Shown: one piece after another, positions 38,134-48,668 of the stretch
How the letters are laid out: each line of letters begins with the position of its first letter
Position numbering within the stretch: the first letter of the stretch is position 1
Made by a program: the position numbers and the translations under genes
Notes under the pieces: generated by a model
Seen by the model: only the letters and a program-made list of their open reading frames with translations
Databases searched by the model: none
What the model was told of the DNA's origin: nothing
NCBI GenBank assembly: GCA_964412585.1
Contig: CAYPPJ010000006.1
Coordinates: 31-64,030, forward strand
Origin: an uncultured Candidatus Saccharibacteria bacterium
GTDB taxonomy: Bacteria > Patescibacteriota > Minisyncoccia > Phycocordibacterales > PALSA-1337
Reading direction: 5' to 3'
Length of the DNA: 64,000 nt

Positions 38134-39921
38134 TTACCACCCGCCTCCACCGCCTCCGCCACCGCCGCCACCTGAAAATCCGCCACCGCCGCTGCCACCC
38201 ATACCGCCACCCGGCATTGATGTCATGCTCGTGCTCGCCATACTATTGAAACCAGAAAGATTGCTGTAGAGCAACATGGAGTTAAAGTGTCCACCCACTG
38301 GATATCCTTCATACCATGATGGAGGATTGACATATATGTCTGCAAATTCTTTTGACCATGCACTGGCAACGCCAAGCACCATGGCATACGGCAACAATTT
38401 CTCAAAAATTTCAGGTCTCTTTTCAGGTGCATTATGAAAATTGAGTCGATCTTTCTCCGCAATCTGTAGATAATCCTTGAGGCCCAGAATGTATTCTTTT
38501 GCCGCCACACCTTTGATTGTTTTGGCTGGCATGAGACTGTGAAATACGGCCCCAATAATTATCGACAAAATAACCGATGCAATTATGGGAACAGGGCTTA
38601 TGCTCACGGCGACAGCACTAAACACTGAGTCAATAAGGTGATATACAATAATCCCTCCCCACAAAAGTATAAAAAACGACGAAGAGATCGCCTTCGCAGC
38701 CCCAGAGCTTTCGATCTTCAAGTTACTATAGTATTGCTTATCGAGAAGTGTCTGAAGAGCACTCTTCGTGATAATCGGGACTCGGGTGTAGAACGAATTC
38801 TTCAAATCCGACAGTTTTATTTTTTCTCCAGGTCCGGCATTGAGTGCAAACACATGATTGAGGAGTGTCTTATCAAATTCGTTTGGCAAGTCATCATATC
38901 TCCTGAGTAATTCGAGCTCATAGTCGGTATTTTTTATAAACCCAAGAATCTTGTTATCGACGTATTTGATCTTGAGATACCCCTTGGTGGCAAGATAAAT
39001 AATTTCAGAAGAAATGTCAGCCGAGGTAACGCCCTGATTGACGATGCCAGCGACTTCCATCGGCGTCAAACCATCTGGCACGTCATACTGTGGCACAATC
39101 ACGCCCGTACCCTTGGGATCGCGTCCTTTCTTGTACCACTTCCTAAACATCACAATAAACGTAATCAGCGGTAGCAAAATAATGATAAGCCACGTGATGT
39201 ATTTTCCGATGTTGTCAAAAAAATCATCAAGGGCTGAATACGGCACTACAATACCCTTTTGAAACCCGACAGCTGCAGTCAGTCCTTCTCCCGAACGCAG
39301 TTCATGAGAGACCCCGAATGCAAGATCACCTTGTTTTGAGAAATCAACTTCGCATACCCCTTTGCTTCCCTGGGGACCGGAGTAGCATGAAGATTGTTGA
39401 GCAACCGCACCAAGAGGCAACTCAAATTTGACCTGAGCTTTGTATATCGGGATTTCCCAATCGTTGCCAGTCACATTCCAATAAATCTCATCGATATCTT
39501 TGAGTTGTGCAACGGCACTGGTGGCCTTGTACTTGATAACGTAAGTCCGCTGACCTATAAAGGTAACATTCGCATCTCCGATCCTGATACGTACATTTCC
39601 ATTTGCGGACTGACGTACCCAGGTCACAGGATTTCCCTGCATATCAGTTACCGAAATATCCGTAATCGACATAGAGCGATTTTCGGACGAAACTGGCCTG
39701 ATATCGCGATAGATACCATGATGCGCAGACGGACCAGTGTCATAATCAATAACCTCGCGAACAGAAACTGAATTGTCGGTATTGACTGAAACTATCGACT
39801 GAAAGAGTGTAACCGCTTGCTCATGTGTCGCGAGTGACGGAATTGTCTGCGCATGCGCAACGCCGGCCATGGCCCCAAAGAAGGCCAAGCCGGCAAGAAT
39901 AAGTACGCGTATGCGCTTCAT
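38134..39921 (-). CDS. DUF2207 family membrane protein
   Basis: HGIYRDI, EIYWNVTGNDW, LATKGYLKI, LLPYAMVLGV and Gly-rich tail ending GGW. Confidence 0.88.
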   Translation of the reverse strand: MKRIRVLILAGLAFFGAMAGVAHAQTIPSLATHEQAVTLFQSIVSVNTDNSVSVREVIDYDTGPSAHHGIYRDIRPVSSENRSMSITDISVTDMQGNPVTWVRQSANGNVRIRIGDANVTFIGQRTYVIKYKATSAVAQLKDIDEIYWNVTGNDWEIPIYKAQVKFELPLGAVAQQSSCYSGPQGSKGVCEVDFSKQGDLAFGVSHELRSGEGLTAAVGFQKGIVVPYSALDDFFDNIGKYITWLIIILLPLITFIVMFRKWYKKGRDPKGTGVIVPQYDVPDGLTPMEVAGIVNQGVTSADISSEIIYLATKGYLKIKYVDNKILGFIKNTDYELELLRRYDDLPNEFDKTLLNHVFALNAGPGEKIKLSDLKNSFYTRVPIITKSALQTLLDKQYYSNLKIESSGAAKAISSSFFILLWGGIIVYHLIDSVFSAVAVSISPVPIIASVILSIIIGAVFHSLMPAKTIKGVAAKEYILGLKDYLQIAEKDRLNFHNAPEKRPEIFEKLLPYAMVLGVASAWSKEFADIYVNPPSWYEGYPVGGHFNSMLLYSNLSGFNSMASTSMTSMPGGGMGGSGGGGFSGGGGGGGGGGGW

Positions 39922-39928
39922 GTCTATA

Positions 39929-40480
39929 CTAGAATTTAACCTCAACAGGATTCTTTGCCGCAGCATCAGCGGCATCAAGCTGGAAGAATTCCATAGCAGT
40001 AAAGTGGAATGTTGAAGCAATGATGTTACCAGGAAACACCTGAATAGCGGTGTTGAGTTCACGAACATTGCCGTTGTAATAGCGGCGAGATGCCTGGATC
40101 TTGTCCTCAGTCTCAGTCAATTCGGCCTGAAGGGAGAGGAAATTTTGATTTGCCTTGAGCTCTGGGTACGCCTCCGCGATTGCAAAGACGGATTTGAGGG
40201 CGCTTGCCAAGCCGAGTTCTGCTGCACCTTTTTGGACAGGACCCTGTGCGCCCATAGCGGCCGCACGCGCCTTGGTCACATTTTCGAATGCCTGGCTTTC
40301 ATGCGTTGCATATCCTTTGACGGTCGCGACGAGATTGGGAATGAGGTCATATCGACGCTTGAGTTGGACATCAATATCTGACCATGCCTCCTTGGTACGG
40401 TTTACCATCGACACCAAACGGTTGTACGAGACGATGGCCCACAAGACGATCACTATGACTACTATGAGTAGTATTGTCAT
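39929..40480 (-). CDS. lemA: LemA family protein (second paralogue)
   Basis: WSDIDVQLKRRYDLIPNLV, EAYPELKANQNF, RRYYN. Confidence 0.93.
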   Translation of the reverse strand: MTILLIVVIVIVLWAIVSYNRLVSMVNRTKEAWSDIDVQLKRRYDLIPNLVATVKGYATHESQAFENVTKARAAAMGAQGPVQKGAAELGLASALKSVFAIAEAYPELKANQNFLSLQAELTETEDKIQASRRYYNGNVRELNTAIQVFPGNIIASTFHFTAMEFFQLDAADAAAKNPVEVKF

Positions 40481-40525
40481 TGAGGAGATGAGTTAGAAGT
40501 GTTGATAATGCGAACGATGCGGAGC

Positions 40526-41212
40526 TTATTTCTTTGGAGCCTTTGTCTCATCAATACCTTGCGCTGTCGTGACGTATCCGAACGACTTGACCATATCGGT
40601 AAATGCTGTGTCTGAGCTTGCGACAATAGCCTTGTTGTTGTTTTGAGCCTGAGTAATGTTTGAACCAGTAAGACCCTTGCTTGCAGGATCAAGTGTGATA
40701 GATGAGAACGCGAACATATAGCAAATCGTGTCTTTCTGGAGCGAGTACATATGATTGAAGTATCCACGACCCTGAACAGTGTTCGACATAGTAATAGTGC
40801 TGAAATTTAGAGCACCGACTTTGACGGTATCACGGTTCTTGACTGTGGTGACTGGTGGAAACGCACACTTGCCTGAAGTCACTACGATATCAGCCTGGAG
40901 CTTGGCGACAGTTGAAACCTGAGCCTTGTCGATCGGCATGATAAATGAGACACCAGCTTCTGTCTCTGACTTTTCCCACGTGGTCGGATATTTGACTGAG
41001 AATCCAAGTTCTGAATTTTGATATTCAGATGACTGGCTAGAGACCTTGGTAGTTTCACTCACTGGCGCAGACGGAGTAGCACCACTGGCGACAGGTGGAG
41101 TGGCACTCGTGCCTGTATCTGTGGCAGTACCTTTGTCTGATGAACCACCAAAAATAACAATCAGAATAATAGCGATGATAACGAGTATAATGACGACAAT
41201 TCCTTTTTTCAT
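40526..41212 (-). CDS. Membrane-anchored PsbP-like surface protein
   Basis: N-terminal TM, YQNSELGFSVKYPTTW and C-terminal MVKSF pattern. Confidence 0.6.
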   Translation of the reverse strand: MKKGIVVIILVIIAIILIVIFGGSSDKGTATDTGTSATPPVASGATPSAPVSETTKVSSQSSEYQNSELGFSVKYPTTWEKSETEAGVSFIMPIDKAQVSTVAKLQADIVVTSGKCAFPPVTTVKNRDTVKVGALNFSTITMSNTVQGRGYFNHMYSLQKDTICYMFAFSSITLDPASKGLTGSNITQAQNNNKAIVASSDTAFTDMVKSFGYVTTAQGIDETKAPKK

Positions 41213-41311
41213 ATAATAGTAAATTACTTGCTAATTCAGTAGAGCGTTCTACTGGGTAAAACGAAAGTAACAGGGTTACTCTGTGTTGAACGTATTATAC
41301 CATACGTTACA

Positions 41312-42961
41312 CTAATATCCCATACCACCCATACCCGGATTGGCCGGAACATCCTTCTTCTCTTCCGGATCATCAGCAACAGCCGCTTCTGTCGTAAGGA
41401 GGATAGCAGCAGCTGAACATGCGTTCTCGACGCCCAGGCGAGTAACTTTGACCGGGTCAACAATGCCGGCAGCAATCACGTCGCCAACCATTTCATCTTT
41501 GAGCGCATCATAGCCAATATTTCCCTTGCCGTGTTTCACTTTGTCGATAATAACCGAACCATCTTCTTTGCCTGTGTTGATCACGATCTGACGGAGAGGC
41601 GCCTCAAGTGCTCGAGTCACAATTTCATGTCCGAGAATGATCTCGGGCGACAACGTCTCGCGATGATTTTTGAGCCATTCAGCGAGACGTCCTGCCACTT
41701 TGACCAATGCCACACCTCCGCCAGCAACAATACCTTCTTCGATGGCGGCTTTTGTAGCGTTGACCGCATCTTCTATCTTGAGTTTCAAATATTTCATCTC
41801 GGTCTCAGTAGCAGCGCCAACGCGGATGACCGCAACTCCTCCAGAAAGCTTGGCGATACGCTCTTCGAGCTTTTGTTTGTCATATTTTGATGACGAATTG
41901 TCACGTTGTTTCCTGATTTGATTGACCCGAGCTTCAATCTCACTCTTTTTTCCCTTTCCGCCAACAACTACTGTTGAGTCTTTGGTCGAAATAACCTTGC
42001 GAGCCTTACCGAGCATAGAGAGCTCGGCTTTTTCAAACTTGATACCAACTTCTTCGGTGATAACAGTCGCTCCGACGGTCACTGCAATATCTTCCAACAA
42101 AGATTTCTTAGTATCTCCATATCCTGGAGCCTTGATAGCAAGCACATTGAATGCGCCGCGCAGTTTGTTTACTACAAATGTAGCTAACGCTTCTCCATCA
42201 ACATCTTCAGCAATGATAACCAGCTCTTTCTTGCCTGTTTGTGCAAGCTGTTCGAGCAGTGGAAGTATCTCTTTCACTGAGGAGATTTTTCGATCCGTAA
42301 TGAGGATAGCTGGATCTTTGAATTCAGCTTCCATTCTCTCGGTATTTGTGACCATGTAGGCAGAAATATAGCCCTTATCGAACTGGATCCCTTCGACAAT
42401 CTCCGGATCTTCGAGTGTGGTCGATTGTGATTCCTCGACAGTGACGACGCCATCCTTACCAACTTTTTTTATTGTGCCCGCGATTATTTTTCCAAGTTCT
42501 GCTGACTCTGCAGAAATCGTGGCGACTTGATGTATCTCCTCATCTGACTTGATTGGTTTTGCCTGCTTCTTGAGTTCTTGCACGGCATACTTTGAGGCAG
42601 ACTCAATGCCAGCCTTGATACCCATAGCATTGACCCCCATGGTTGTATGCTTCATGCCTTCAGTAATGATCGCCTGAGTGAGGATCGTTGCGGTAGTAGT
42701 TCCGTCGCCCGCGTTGTCATTGGTCTTCGTCGCAACCTCCTTGATGATCTCCGCGCCCATATTCTCAAACTTGTCCTTGAGTGAAATTTCTTTGGCGATC
42801 GAGACACCATCATTGGTAATGGTCGGGCTGCCGTACCCTTTATCCAAGACGACATTCCTGCCGCGAGGACCGATAGTGATCTTGACCGCATCGGCGACAG
42901 CATCTATGCCGCGCTTGAGGGCCTTTCGTGCTTCTTCGTTGTAGAGAATTTTTTTGGACAT
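41312..42961 (-). CDS. groL: Chaperonin GroEL
   Basis: [37 protein letters not shown] tail. Confidence 0.98.
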   Translation of the reverse strand: MSKKILYNEEARKALKRGIDAVADAVKITIGPRGRNVVLDKGYGSPTITNDGVSIAKEISLKDKFENMGAEIIKEVATKTNDNAGDGTTTATILTQAIITEGMKHTTMGVNAMGIKAGIESASKYAVQELKKQAKPIKSDEEIHQVATISAESAELGKIIAGTIKKVGKDGVVTVEESQSTTLEDPEIVEGIQFDKGYISAYMVTNTERMEAEFKDPAILITDRKISSVKEILPLLEQLAQTGKKELVIIAEDVDGEALATFVVNKLRGAFNVLAIKAPGYGDTKKSLLEDIAVTVGATVITEEVGIKFEKAELSMLGKARKVISTKDSTVVVGGKGKKSEIEARVNQIRKQRDNSSSKYDKQKLEERIAKLSGGVAVIRVGAATETEMKYLKLKIEDAVNATKAAIEEGIVAGGGVALVKVAGRLAEWLKNHRETLSPEIILGHEIVTRALEAPLRQIVINTGKEDGSVIIDKVKHGKGNIGYDALKDEMVGDVIAAGIVDPVKVTRLGVENACSAAAILLTTEAAVADDPEEKKDVPANPGMGGMGY

Positions 42962-42974
42962 AATTTTAAGAAAG

Positions 42975-43060
42975 AGATTAGTAATGAGTAACTAGTAATT
43001 AGAATAGTCGCAAATGTCGCCAGTGCTTTTCTAGTTACTAATTACTGATTACTAGTTACT
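42975..43060. repeat. Inverted arrays of degenerate heptamer repeats in the groES-groEL spacer
   Basis: TTAGTAA TGAGTAA CTAGTAA TTAGAAT ... CTAGTTA CTAATTA CTGATTA CTAGTTA. Confidence 0.75.
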
Positions 43061-43365
43061 TATTTTATTACTGCTAATATCTCGCTTTCACGCACAAGAT
43101 AATATTCTTCGCCATCAACACTGACTTTGTCTCCCCATTGAAAAATAACTTTATCTCCAACCTTGACCGTAAGTGGAATCTTTTTACCTTCTTCAATACG
43201 ACCTGGTCCGACAGCAACTACTTCACCTCGCTTTCCATTTTTTTCTTCATTCACTGTGACAGGAATAATAATGCCTGATGAGGTCTTTTTTTCCTTATCA
43301 TCAGAGTGCTCGCGAATAAGTACGCGGTCCTGAAGTGGTTGTATCTTTTTTGAGATGTCTTTCAT
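43060..43365 (-). CDS. groS: Co-chaperonin GroES
   Basis: IQPLQDRVLI, SGIIIP, GEVVAVGPG, ESEILA. Confidence 0.97.
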   Translation of the reverse strand: MKDISKKIQPLQDRVLIREHSDDKEKKTSSGIIIPVTVNEEKNGKRGEVVAVGPGRIEEGKKIPLTVKVGDKVIFQWGDKVSVDGEEYYLVRESEILAVIK

Positions 43366-43508
43366 GTGTATATGGTTAGGCTGGTAATGTAGTCGCATTA
43401 TATAGAAATGGTGTACATGTGCAAGAGGAATAAGATTGACATAATAATGATTTGATAGTATTGTTTTTCACGAATAGAACCCAGAACAACTAGAAATGGA
43501 GGTTTGTC

Positions 43509-44075
43509 TTGAATGTTTCCGTTCCACCACTCAAAGAGAACCCGTGGACAGCGGTTCCCTTCGGTTACAACTTCAACCGAGATTGTTCAGCCATCGGTGT
43601 TCAGACTGAACTCCGACTCGAGCGACTCGTCCAGGCGGCTCGTCGTGACGGCTACAATATCCCCTGTATCGTGCTTTCCCCAGGGTTTCCACCCCTGCTC
43701 TCGAGAAGTGCCCTGCAAACCAGAACTATGGCTTCAATGATGAAGACCTGGCTGATAAATGAGGGTACATTCAAGCCCGAACAAATCATGGAGAGCGACG
43801 ACAGTTCGATTTGGAACAGCATGAGTGAAATGCGTGAGTCCATGAGAATTATCGAACGTGACAATCTCCCACGAAATATCCTCGCTGTTACCACATGGAA
43901 TCATGCATTCCCGCGACTATGGATTGCCTGGAACATCCTCGTGGCACTTCGTCCAGAATGGCATGTCCGATTTGCGGTCACATGCCGGTGTCGAGTCAAT
44001 ATGAGCCATGAACTCCTCGGCACCGCAAAATATGTGCCTGAAGCTCTTATATCGCGCTTTCGTCATTCCAATTAA
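43509..44075 (+). CDS. YdcF/DUF218 (ElyC/SanA)-like protein
   Basis: RL..., VLSPG, MASMMKTWL, WNS..E, VTTWNHAFPR. GGAGG RBS and TTGACA promoter (43436). Confidence 0.65.
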   Translation: MNVSVPPLKENPWTAVPFGYNFNRDCSAIGVQTELRLERLVQAARRDGYNIPCIVLSPGFPPLLSRSALQTRTMASMMKTWLINEGTFKPEQIMESDDSSIWNSMSEMRESMRIIERDNLPRNILAVTTWNHAFPRLWIAWNILVALRPEWHVRFAVTCRCRVNMSHELLGTAKYVPEALISRFRHSN

Positions 44076-44202
44076 GAATCCGGCTAGTCTGCAACACCTT
44101 CCCCGCCAGACCCCTTGGTCCGGCGGGGACTTTTTCTATATATAGAGCCACCAAATCACCTTTTATTTGCAAAAATGACCCCCCTATGCTATGATATACT
44201 CA

Positions 44203-44424
44203 ATGAAGTCTCTCCTCCCGTATATCCAGATAATCCTGTCCGTTCTTATTGTTGCTGCGATTCTCTTGCAACGTACTGGTGCACAGGTTGGCGGCGCATT
44301 CGGTGGATCCGATAACTTTAGCTCTGCGTTCCATACCCGCCGCGGATTTGAGAAAGGACTCTTCATATTCAGCATCATCATCGCTATCCTGTTCGCAGTC
44401 TCTGCTCTGCTCAACTTGATCTAA
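44203..44424 (+). CDS. secG: Preprotein translocase subunit SecG
   Basis: ILLQ...GGAFGG...TRRGFEK with two TM helices. Confidence 0.93.
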   Translation: MKSLLPYIQIILSVLIVAAILLQRTGAQVGGAFGGSDNFSSAFHTRRGFEKGLFIFSIIIAILFAVSALLNLI

Positions 44425-44550
44425 TCACAGAAATTCGGAATTCTGAATTCTTGTCGAAATCGTAATACACATCTCGCTTATATTATTTTACAGAATGTAC
44501 GTATTTGAAAGTATATAGAATTTAGAATTCCGTGTTTCTCTCTTAACATC

Positions 44551-46305
44551 GTGAACGACGAACAACTTCCACACGAACTCCGCCTGAAGCGCGGTTCACA
44601 TATCCTGAATTATATTAGACAGTTCTCTGCGACAGAGAAAGTTGTTTTCGGTATATTTGTTATTGCAGCCGCTGTAACCATGATCATCATGGCCGCACGT
44701 CTCAATTCCACTTTTAGTGTCGAAATACCTGCATACGGCGGCAGTCTCAACGAAGGAGTCATCGGACTTCCCCGTAGTATCAACCCGGTACTTGCGCTCG
44801 GCGATGTTGACCGCGATCTTTCTGCACTCATATATTCTGGTCTTACTAGATACAGTAAAGGAAAAATTGTCGGGGATCTCGCTCAATCATTCAAAGTATC
44901 TGCGGATGGATTGACCTACACATTCAAGCTCAAGCCTGATCTTACATTCCATGATGGAACACCCCTCACTACCGAAGACGTCGCATTCACTATCCAAAAA
45001 ATTCAAGACCCGGCTGTCAAAAGCCCGCGTCGTATCGACTGGACTGATGTGACGGTCACGATCATCTCGCCGACAGAGATCAGCTTTGTCTTGAAACAAC
45101 CCTATAGCCCATTCCTGACCAACACGACCATCGGTATTCTACCGAAGCATATCTGGGGCTTGGTGAGCGATGAACAATTCATTTTCAGTCAATTCAACAT
45201 TGAACCGATCGGGTCAGGCCCATACCGCCTCTCATCAATTTCGCGTGATAACGGTGGCATACCAGTAAGCTACACCCTCACATCTTCGCGAGAGTACTAC
45301 GGTAAGATGCCGTACATCAAGACGATTATATTCAACTTTTTTCCTGAGGAGAATGCAGGGCTCAACGCACTCGACCAAGGATCGATCGATAGTTTGAGTG
45401 GCATTTCACCAGAAGCTGGCCATCGACTCGCGACAGATTCAGCGCAGCCATATACCGTACTTTCCTCACCACTCCCTCGTACATTCAGCGTTTTTTTGAA
45501 TCAAGATCAAAATGCGCTCTTTGCAGACAAAACGATTCGACAAGCATTGGACATGTCTATCGATCGAACTACTCTTATTGAAAATGTCCTCAAGGGCTAT
45601 GGCGAACCTCTGACTGGCCCAGCACCATTTATTTCTTCATCAAGCACGGTAGTTCGCAGCGCTCCTTCCGCATCCACATCGATACAGCTGGCGCAAGCGT
45701 TATTGGAAAAAAATGGCTGGAAGAGGATCTCTGGTGTATATACCAAGAAGAACACCAAAACAGGGACCACCACCTTGTCTTTCGATATATACACTGTCGA
45801 TTCACCTGACCTCAAGCAGGCTGCTGAACTCGTCAAAAATGCGTGGACCGCACTTGGTGCTCACGTAACAGTCAAAGTCTATGAAGGAACCGACTTTTAT
45901 CAAAATATAATCCGCACAAGAAAATATGACGCACTCTTGTTCGGCGAAGTCATCGGCAAAGACCGTGACTTGTATGCATTCTGGCATTCATCACAACGCA
46001 AATCGCCCGGTCTCAATGTTGCCATGTATACAAATGCCAAAGTTGATAAACTACTCGACGATATCCGCACAACCAATGACGAAGATGCCCGCGCGCTCAA
46101 GTACGTCCAATTCGACCAACTGATCCGCGCAGACATCCCCGCCATTTTCTTGTATACCTCCGATTTTATTTACGCAGTACCTAAGTCACTTAAAAATATC
46201 CAACTCTCTTCCCTCTCATCATCAGCTGACCGATGGAGTGACGTCACCCAATGGTATATGGAGACAGAGAATGTATGGAACATTAACTTATTCACAAGCA
46301 GATAA
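44551..46305 (+). CDS. Peptide ABC transporter substrate-binding protein (SBP_bac_5)
   Basis: LIYSGL, DLA...S.DGLTYTFKL...FHDGTPLT.EDV.FT, PIGSGPY. Confidence 0.9.
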   Translation: MNDEQLPHELRLKRGSHILNYIRQFSATEKVVFGIFVIAAAVTMIIMAARLNSTFSVEIPAYGGSLNEGVIGLPRSINPVLALGDVDRDLSALIYSGLTRYSKGKIVGDLAQSFKVSADGLTYTFKLKPDLTFHDGTPLTTEDVAFTIQKIQDPAVKSPRRIDWTDVTVTIISPTEISFVLKQPYSPFLTNTTIGILPKHIWGLVSDEQFIFSQFNIEPIGSGPYRLSSISRDNGGIPVSYTLTSSREYYGKMPYIKTIIFNFFPEENAGLNALDQGSIDSLSGISPEAGHRLATDSAQPYTVLSSPLPRTFSVFLNQDQNALFADKTIRQALDMSIDRTTLIENVLKGYGEPLTGPAPFISSSSTVVRSAPSASTSIQLAQALLEKNGWKRISGVYTKKNTKTGTTTLSFDIYTVDSPDLKQAAELVKNAWTALGAHVTVKVYEGTDFYQNIIRTRKYDALLFGEVIGKDRDLYAFWHSSQRKSPGLNVAMYTNAKVDKLLDDIRTTNDEDARALKYVQFDQLIRADIPAIFLYTSDFIYAVPKSLKNIQLSSLSSSADRWSDVTQWYMETENVWNINLFTSR

Positions 46306-46337
46306 CACCTTAATACAACACTAGAATCACAATTAAT

Positions 46338-48386
46338 ATGAACCCTATTCAACCAAACAATAACCAACCCCCACGACCTCCACGAGACAGGAACTTCAAG
46401 TTCCAGCGTCGCCCGCACCAAGGTCACACGCGTACACTGCGCACTGATACATCAGGTGCGGCTACTTCGAACAAACCTGTCTTTCATCACGACCACAAGG
46501 GACACTCCCACGCGCCAGTGAGCACACAAGCTGCCAATGGTCATCGCGTCGTCCTCGGCCGTGGTGCTCACAAACATCCAGGAGCCGTCAAACATATTGC
46601 CGGCGCGCGCATGGATATTATTCGTCCCGACGCCGCAAAACCAATGCGCCGCCATGGTCCCGCAAAACCTATGGTGAAACGCGAGGGAGACGTCGTCCCC
46701 GCACTCGCTCCAGACGCTATCCGTATCATCCCACTAGGTGGTGTCGAAGAGATCGGCAAGAACATGACCGCTATCCAATATGGTGACGACATCGTCGTTG
46801 TTGATATTGGCTTCCAGTTTAAAGACGACGATACACCTGGTATCGACTTTATCCTGCCAAACACCAAGTATCTCGAGGAACGTCAGGACAAGATTAGAGC
46901 TGTTCTCATTACCCACGGTCACCTTGACCACATCGGTGGTATTCCCTATATCATGCCCCGTATTGGCAATCCGCCAGTCTATACCCGCCTTCTCACCTCG
47001 ATTTTGATCCAAAAGCGCCAAGAGGAATTTCCTCATGTGCCAAAGATTGATATGAAAGTTGTTGAAAAAAATGAAACAATCACTATTGGTAAACTCAAGG
47101 TCAAATTCTTTGCGGTAACCCACACCATCCCCGATGCTATGGGTGTCATCATAGAAACCCCGTATGGATCAATCGTCCATACCGGTGACCTCAAGCTCGA
47201 CCATGATGATGGTGTTCCTACTGAACAAGAAGTCGCAGAGTATGACCGTGCATTCAAAAATGAAAAAGTATTGATGCTCATGGCCGACTCGACCAACGTT
47301 GAGAACCCAGGCTTCTCATTGCCTGAAAAGACTGTGCACAAGAATCTCGAACTTATTATCCAGAATATGACTGGTCGTCTCATCATTGCAACATTCTCTT
47401 CTCTCTTGGAGCGCTTGCTCAAGATTGTTGAGTTCTCGGAAAAATATGGCAAGAAAGTTGTCGTCGAAGGGCGCAGTCTCAAACAGAATATCGAGATCTG
47501 TAAGGGTCTTGGACTGGTCAAAGCAAAGAAAGAAACCTTCATCACATCTGATGATATCGACAATTACCCGCCTGATCGTATTGTCATCCTTTCGACTGGT
47601 GCACAGGCAAACGACTTTTCTGCGTTGGTACGCATGTCCAACAAGACTCATGCCAAAATCAAGCTCACCCCACGCGACACCGTTGTTCTATCATCATCAG
47701 TCATTCCGGGAAATGAACGTCCAATCCAGAAGTTGAAAGACAATATCTCGCGCCAAGGAGCAAAAATTCTCCACTATCGCATTGCCGATGTCCACTCATC
47801 AGGACACGCCAATCGTGATGAGACAGCGTGGATCCATCGTGCTATCAAGCCGAAATTCTTTATGCCGCTTCACGGATATCACTACATGCTTCGCGCCCAC
47901 TGTGACATCGCAAAGGACGCCAATGGTCTCGCCGAGTCAGATGTGGTTATCCCTGATAACGGTTCTATTATTGAAATCCAGGCAGGTGGTACCAAACTGG
48001 TTAAACTCAAAGAAAAGGCAGCCTCAGGCCTGGTGCTTGTCGATGGATTCTCTGTCGGTGATGTGCAGGATGTGGTCATTCGTGACCGTCAGGCACTGGC
48101 TCAAGATGGTATCTTCATCATCTTCGGCATCCTCAATGCCCAGACCGGCAAGCTCAAAAAGTCTCCGGACATCATCTCGCGCGGTTTCGTCTATCTTCGC
48201 GAATCACAGGATCTTCTCCACGAAGTACGCCTCTTGATCAAAGATACAGTCGAAAAATCTACTCGCGGTATGAATCCTATCAACGTTGATTTCATCAAAG
48301 ACAATGTGACAGATAACGTCTCGAAGTTTTTGATGCAGAAGACTGCAAAGAGGCCGATGGTGATACCGGTGTTGCTCACGATTTAA
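46338..48386 (+). CDS. rnj: Ribonuclease J with N-terminal low-complexity extension
   Basis: PLGGVEEIGKNM, THGHLDHIGG, HTGD.K.D, DSTN, HSSGH. Confidence 0.96.
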   Translation: MNPIQPNNNQPPRPPRDRNFKFQRRPHQGHTRTLRTDTSGAATSNKPVFHHDHKGHSHAPVSTQAANGHRVVLGRGAHKHPGAVKHIAGARMDIIRPDAAKPMRRHGPAKPMVKREGDVVPALAPDAIRIIPLGGVEEIGKNMTAIQYGDDIVVVDIGFQFKDDDTPGIDFILPNTKYLEERQDKIRAVLITHGHLDHIGGIPYIMPRIGNPPVYTRLLTSILIQKRQEEFPHVPKIDMKVVEKNETITIGKLKVKFFAVTHTIPDAMGVIIETPYGSIVHTGDLKLDHDDGVPTEQEVAEYDRAFKNEKVLMLMADSTNVENPGFSLPEKTVHKNLELIIQNMTGRLIIATFSSLLERLLKIVEFSEKYGKKVVVEGRSLKQNIEICKGLGLVKAKKETFITSDDIDNYPPDRIVILSTGAQANDFSALVRMSNKTHAKIKLTPRDTVVLSSSVIPGNERPIQKLKDNISRQGAKILHYRIADVHSSGHANRDETAWIHRAIKPKFFMPLHGYHYMLRAHCDIAKDANGLAESDVVIPDNGSIIEIQAGGTKLVKLKEKAASGLVLVDGFSVGDVQDVVIRDRQALAQDGIFIIFGILNAQTGKLKKSPDIISRGFVYLRESQDLLHEVRLLIKDTVEKSTRGMNPINVDFIKDNVTDNVSKFLMQKTAKRPMVIPVLLTI

Positions 48387-48390
48387 GACA

Positions 48391-48515
48391 CACGAGCCAA
48401 AGGGGTGCACATGTATGTTCGGATACGCGCGTTCGGCCGTGCTCGGCCGCCGCTATTCTCGGCCTCATCGGCCTGTGAAATGTATCCTCACACACATGCG
48501 CGCCCCTTTGGCGTG
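48391..48515. repeat. Palindromic element family A, intergenic copy
   Basis: Long stem GCCAAAGGGG...CCCCTTTGGC; core GATACGCGCGTT...CTCGGCCTCA.CGGCCTGTG.AATGTATC shared with 56799-56889. Confidence 0.8.
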
Positions 48516-48553
48516 CTTCCTTAAACTGAGCAGAACCCCTCCACTCCAACAGA

Positions 48554-48661
48554 ACTGCGCAGCGATAGGGTTTTCGAACAACAACATAAAGTCACAGCCG
48601 TACTCCGCGTACCTCCGTCTTTTCATGTTGTTGTGAGGAAACCTCTGGCGCGGAGCAGTTC
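48554..48661. repeat. Palindromic element family B, intergenic copy 1
   Basis: Stem GAACTGC...ACAACAACAT / ATGTTGTTGT...GCAGTTC; core TAAAGTCACA....TACTCCGC.TAC..CCGTCTTTT shared with 59365-59470. Confidence 0.75.
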
Positions 48662-48668
48662 GGCAACA

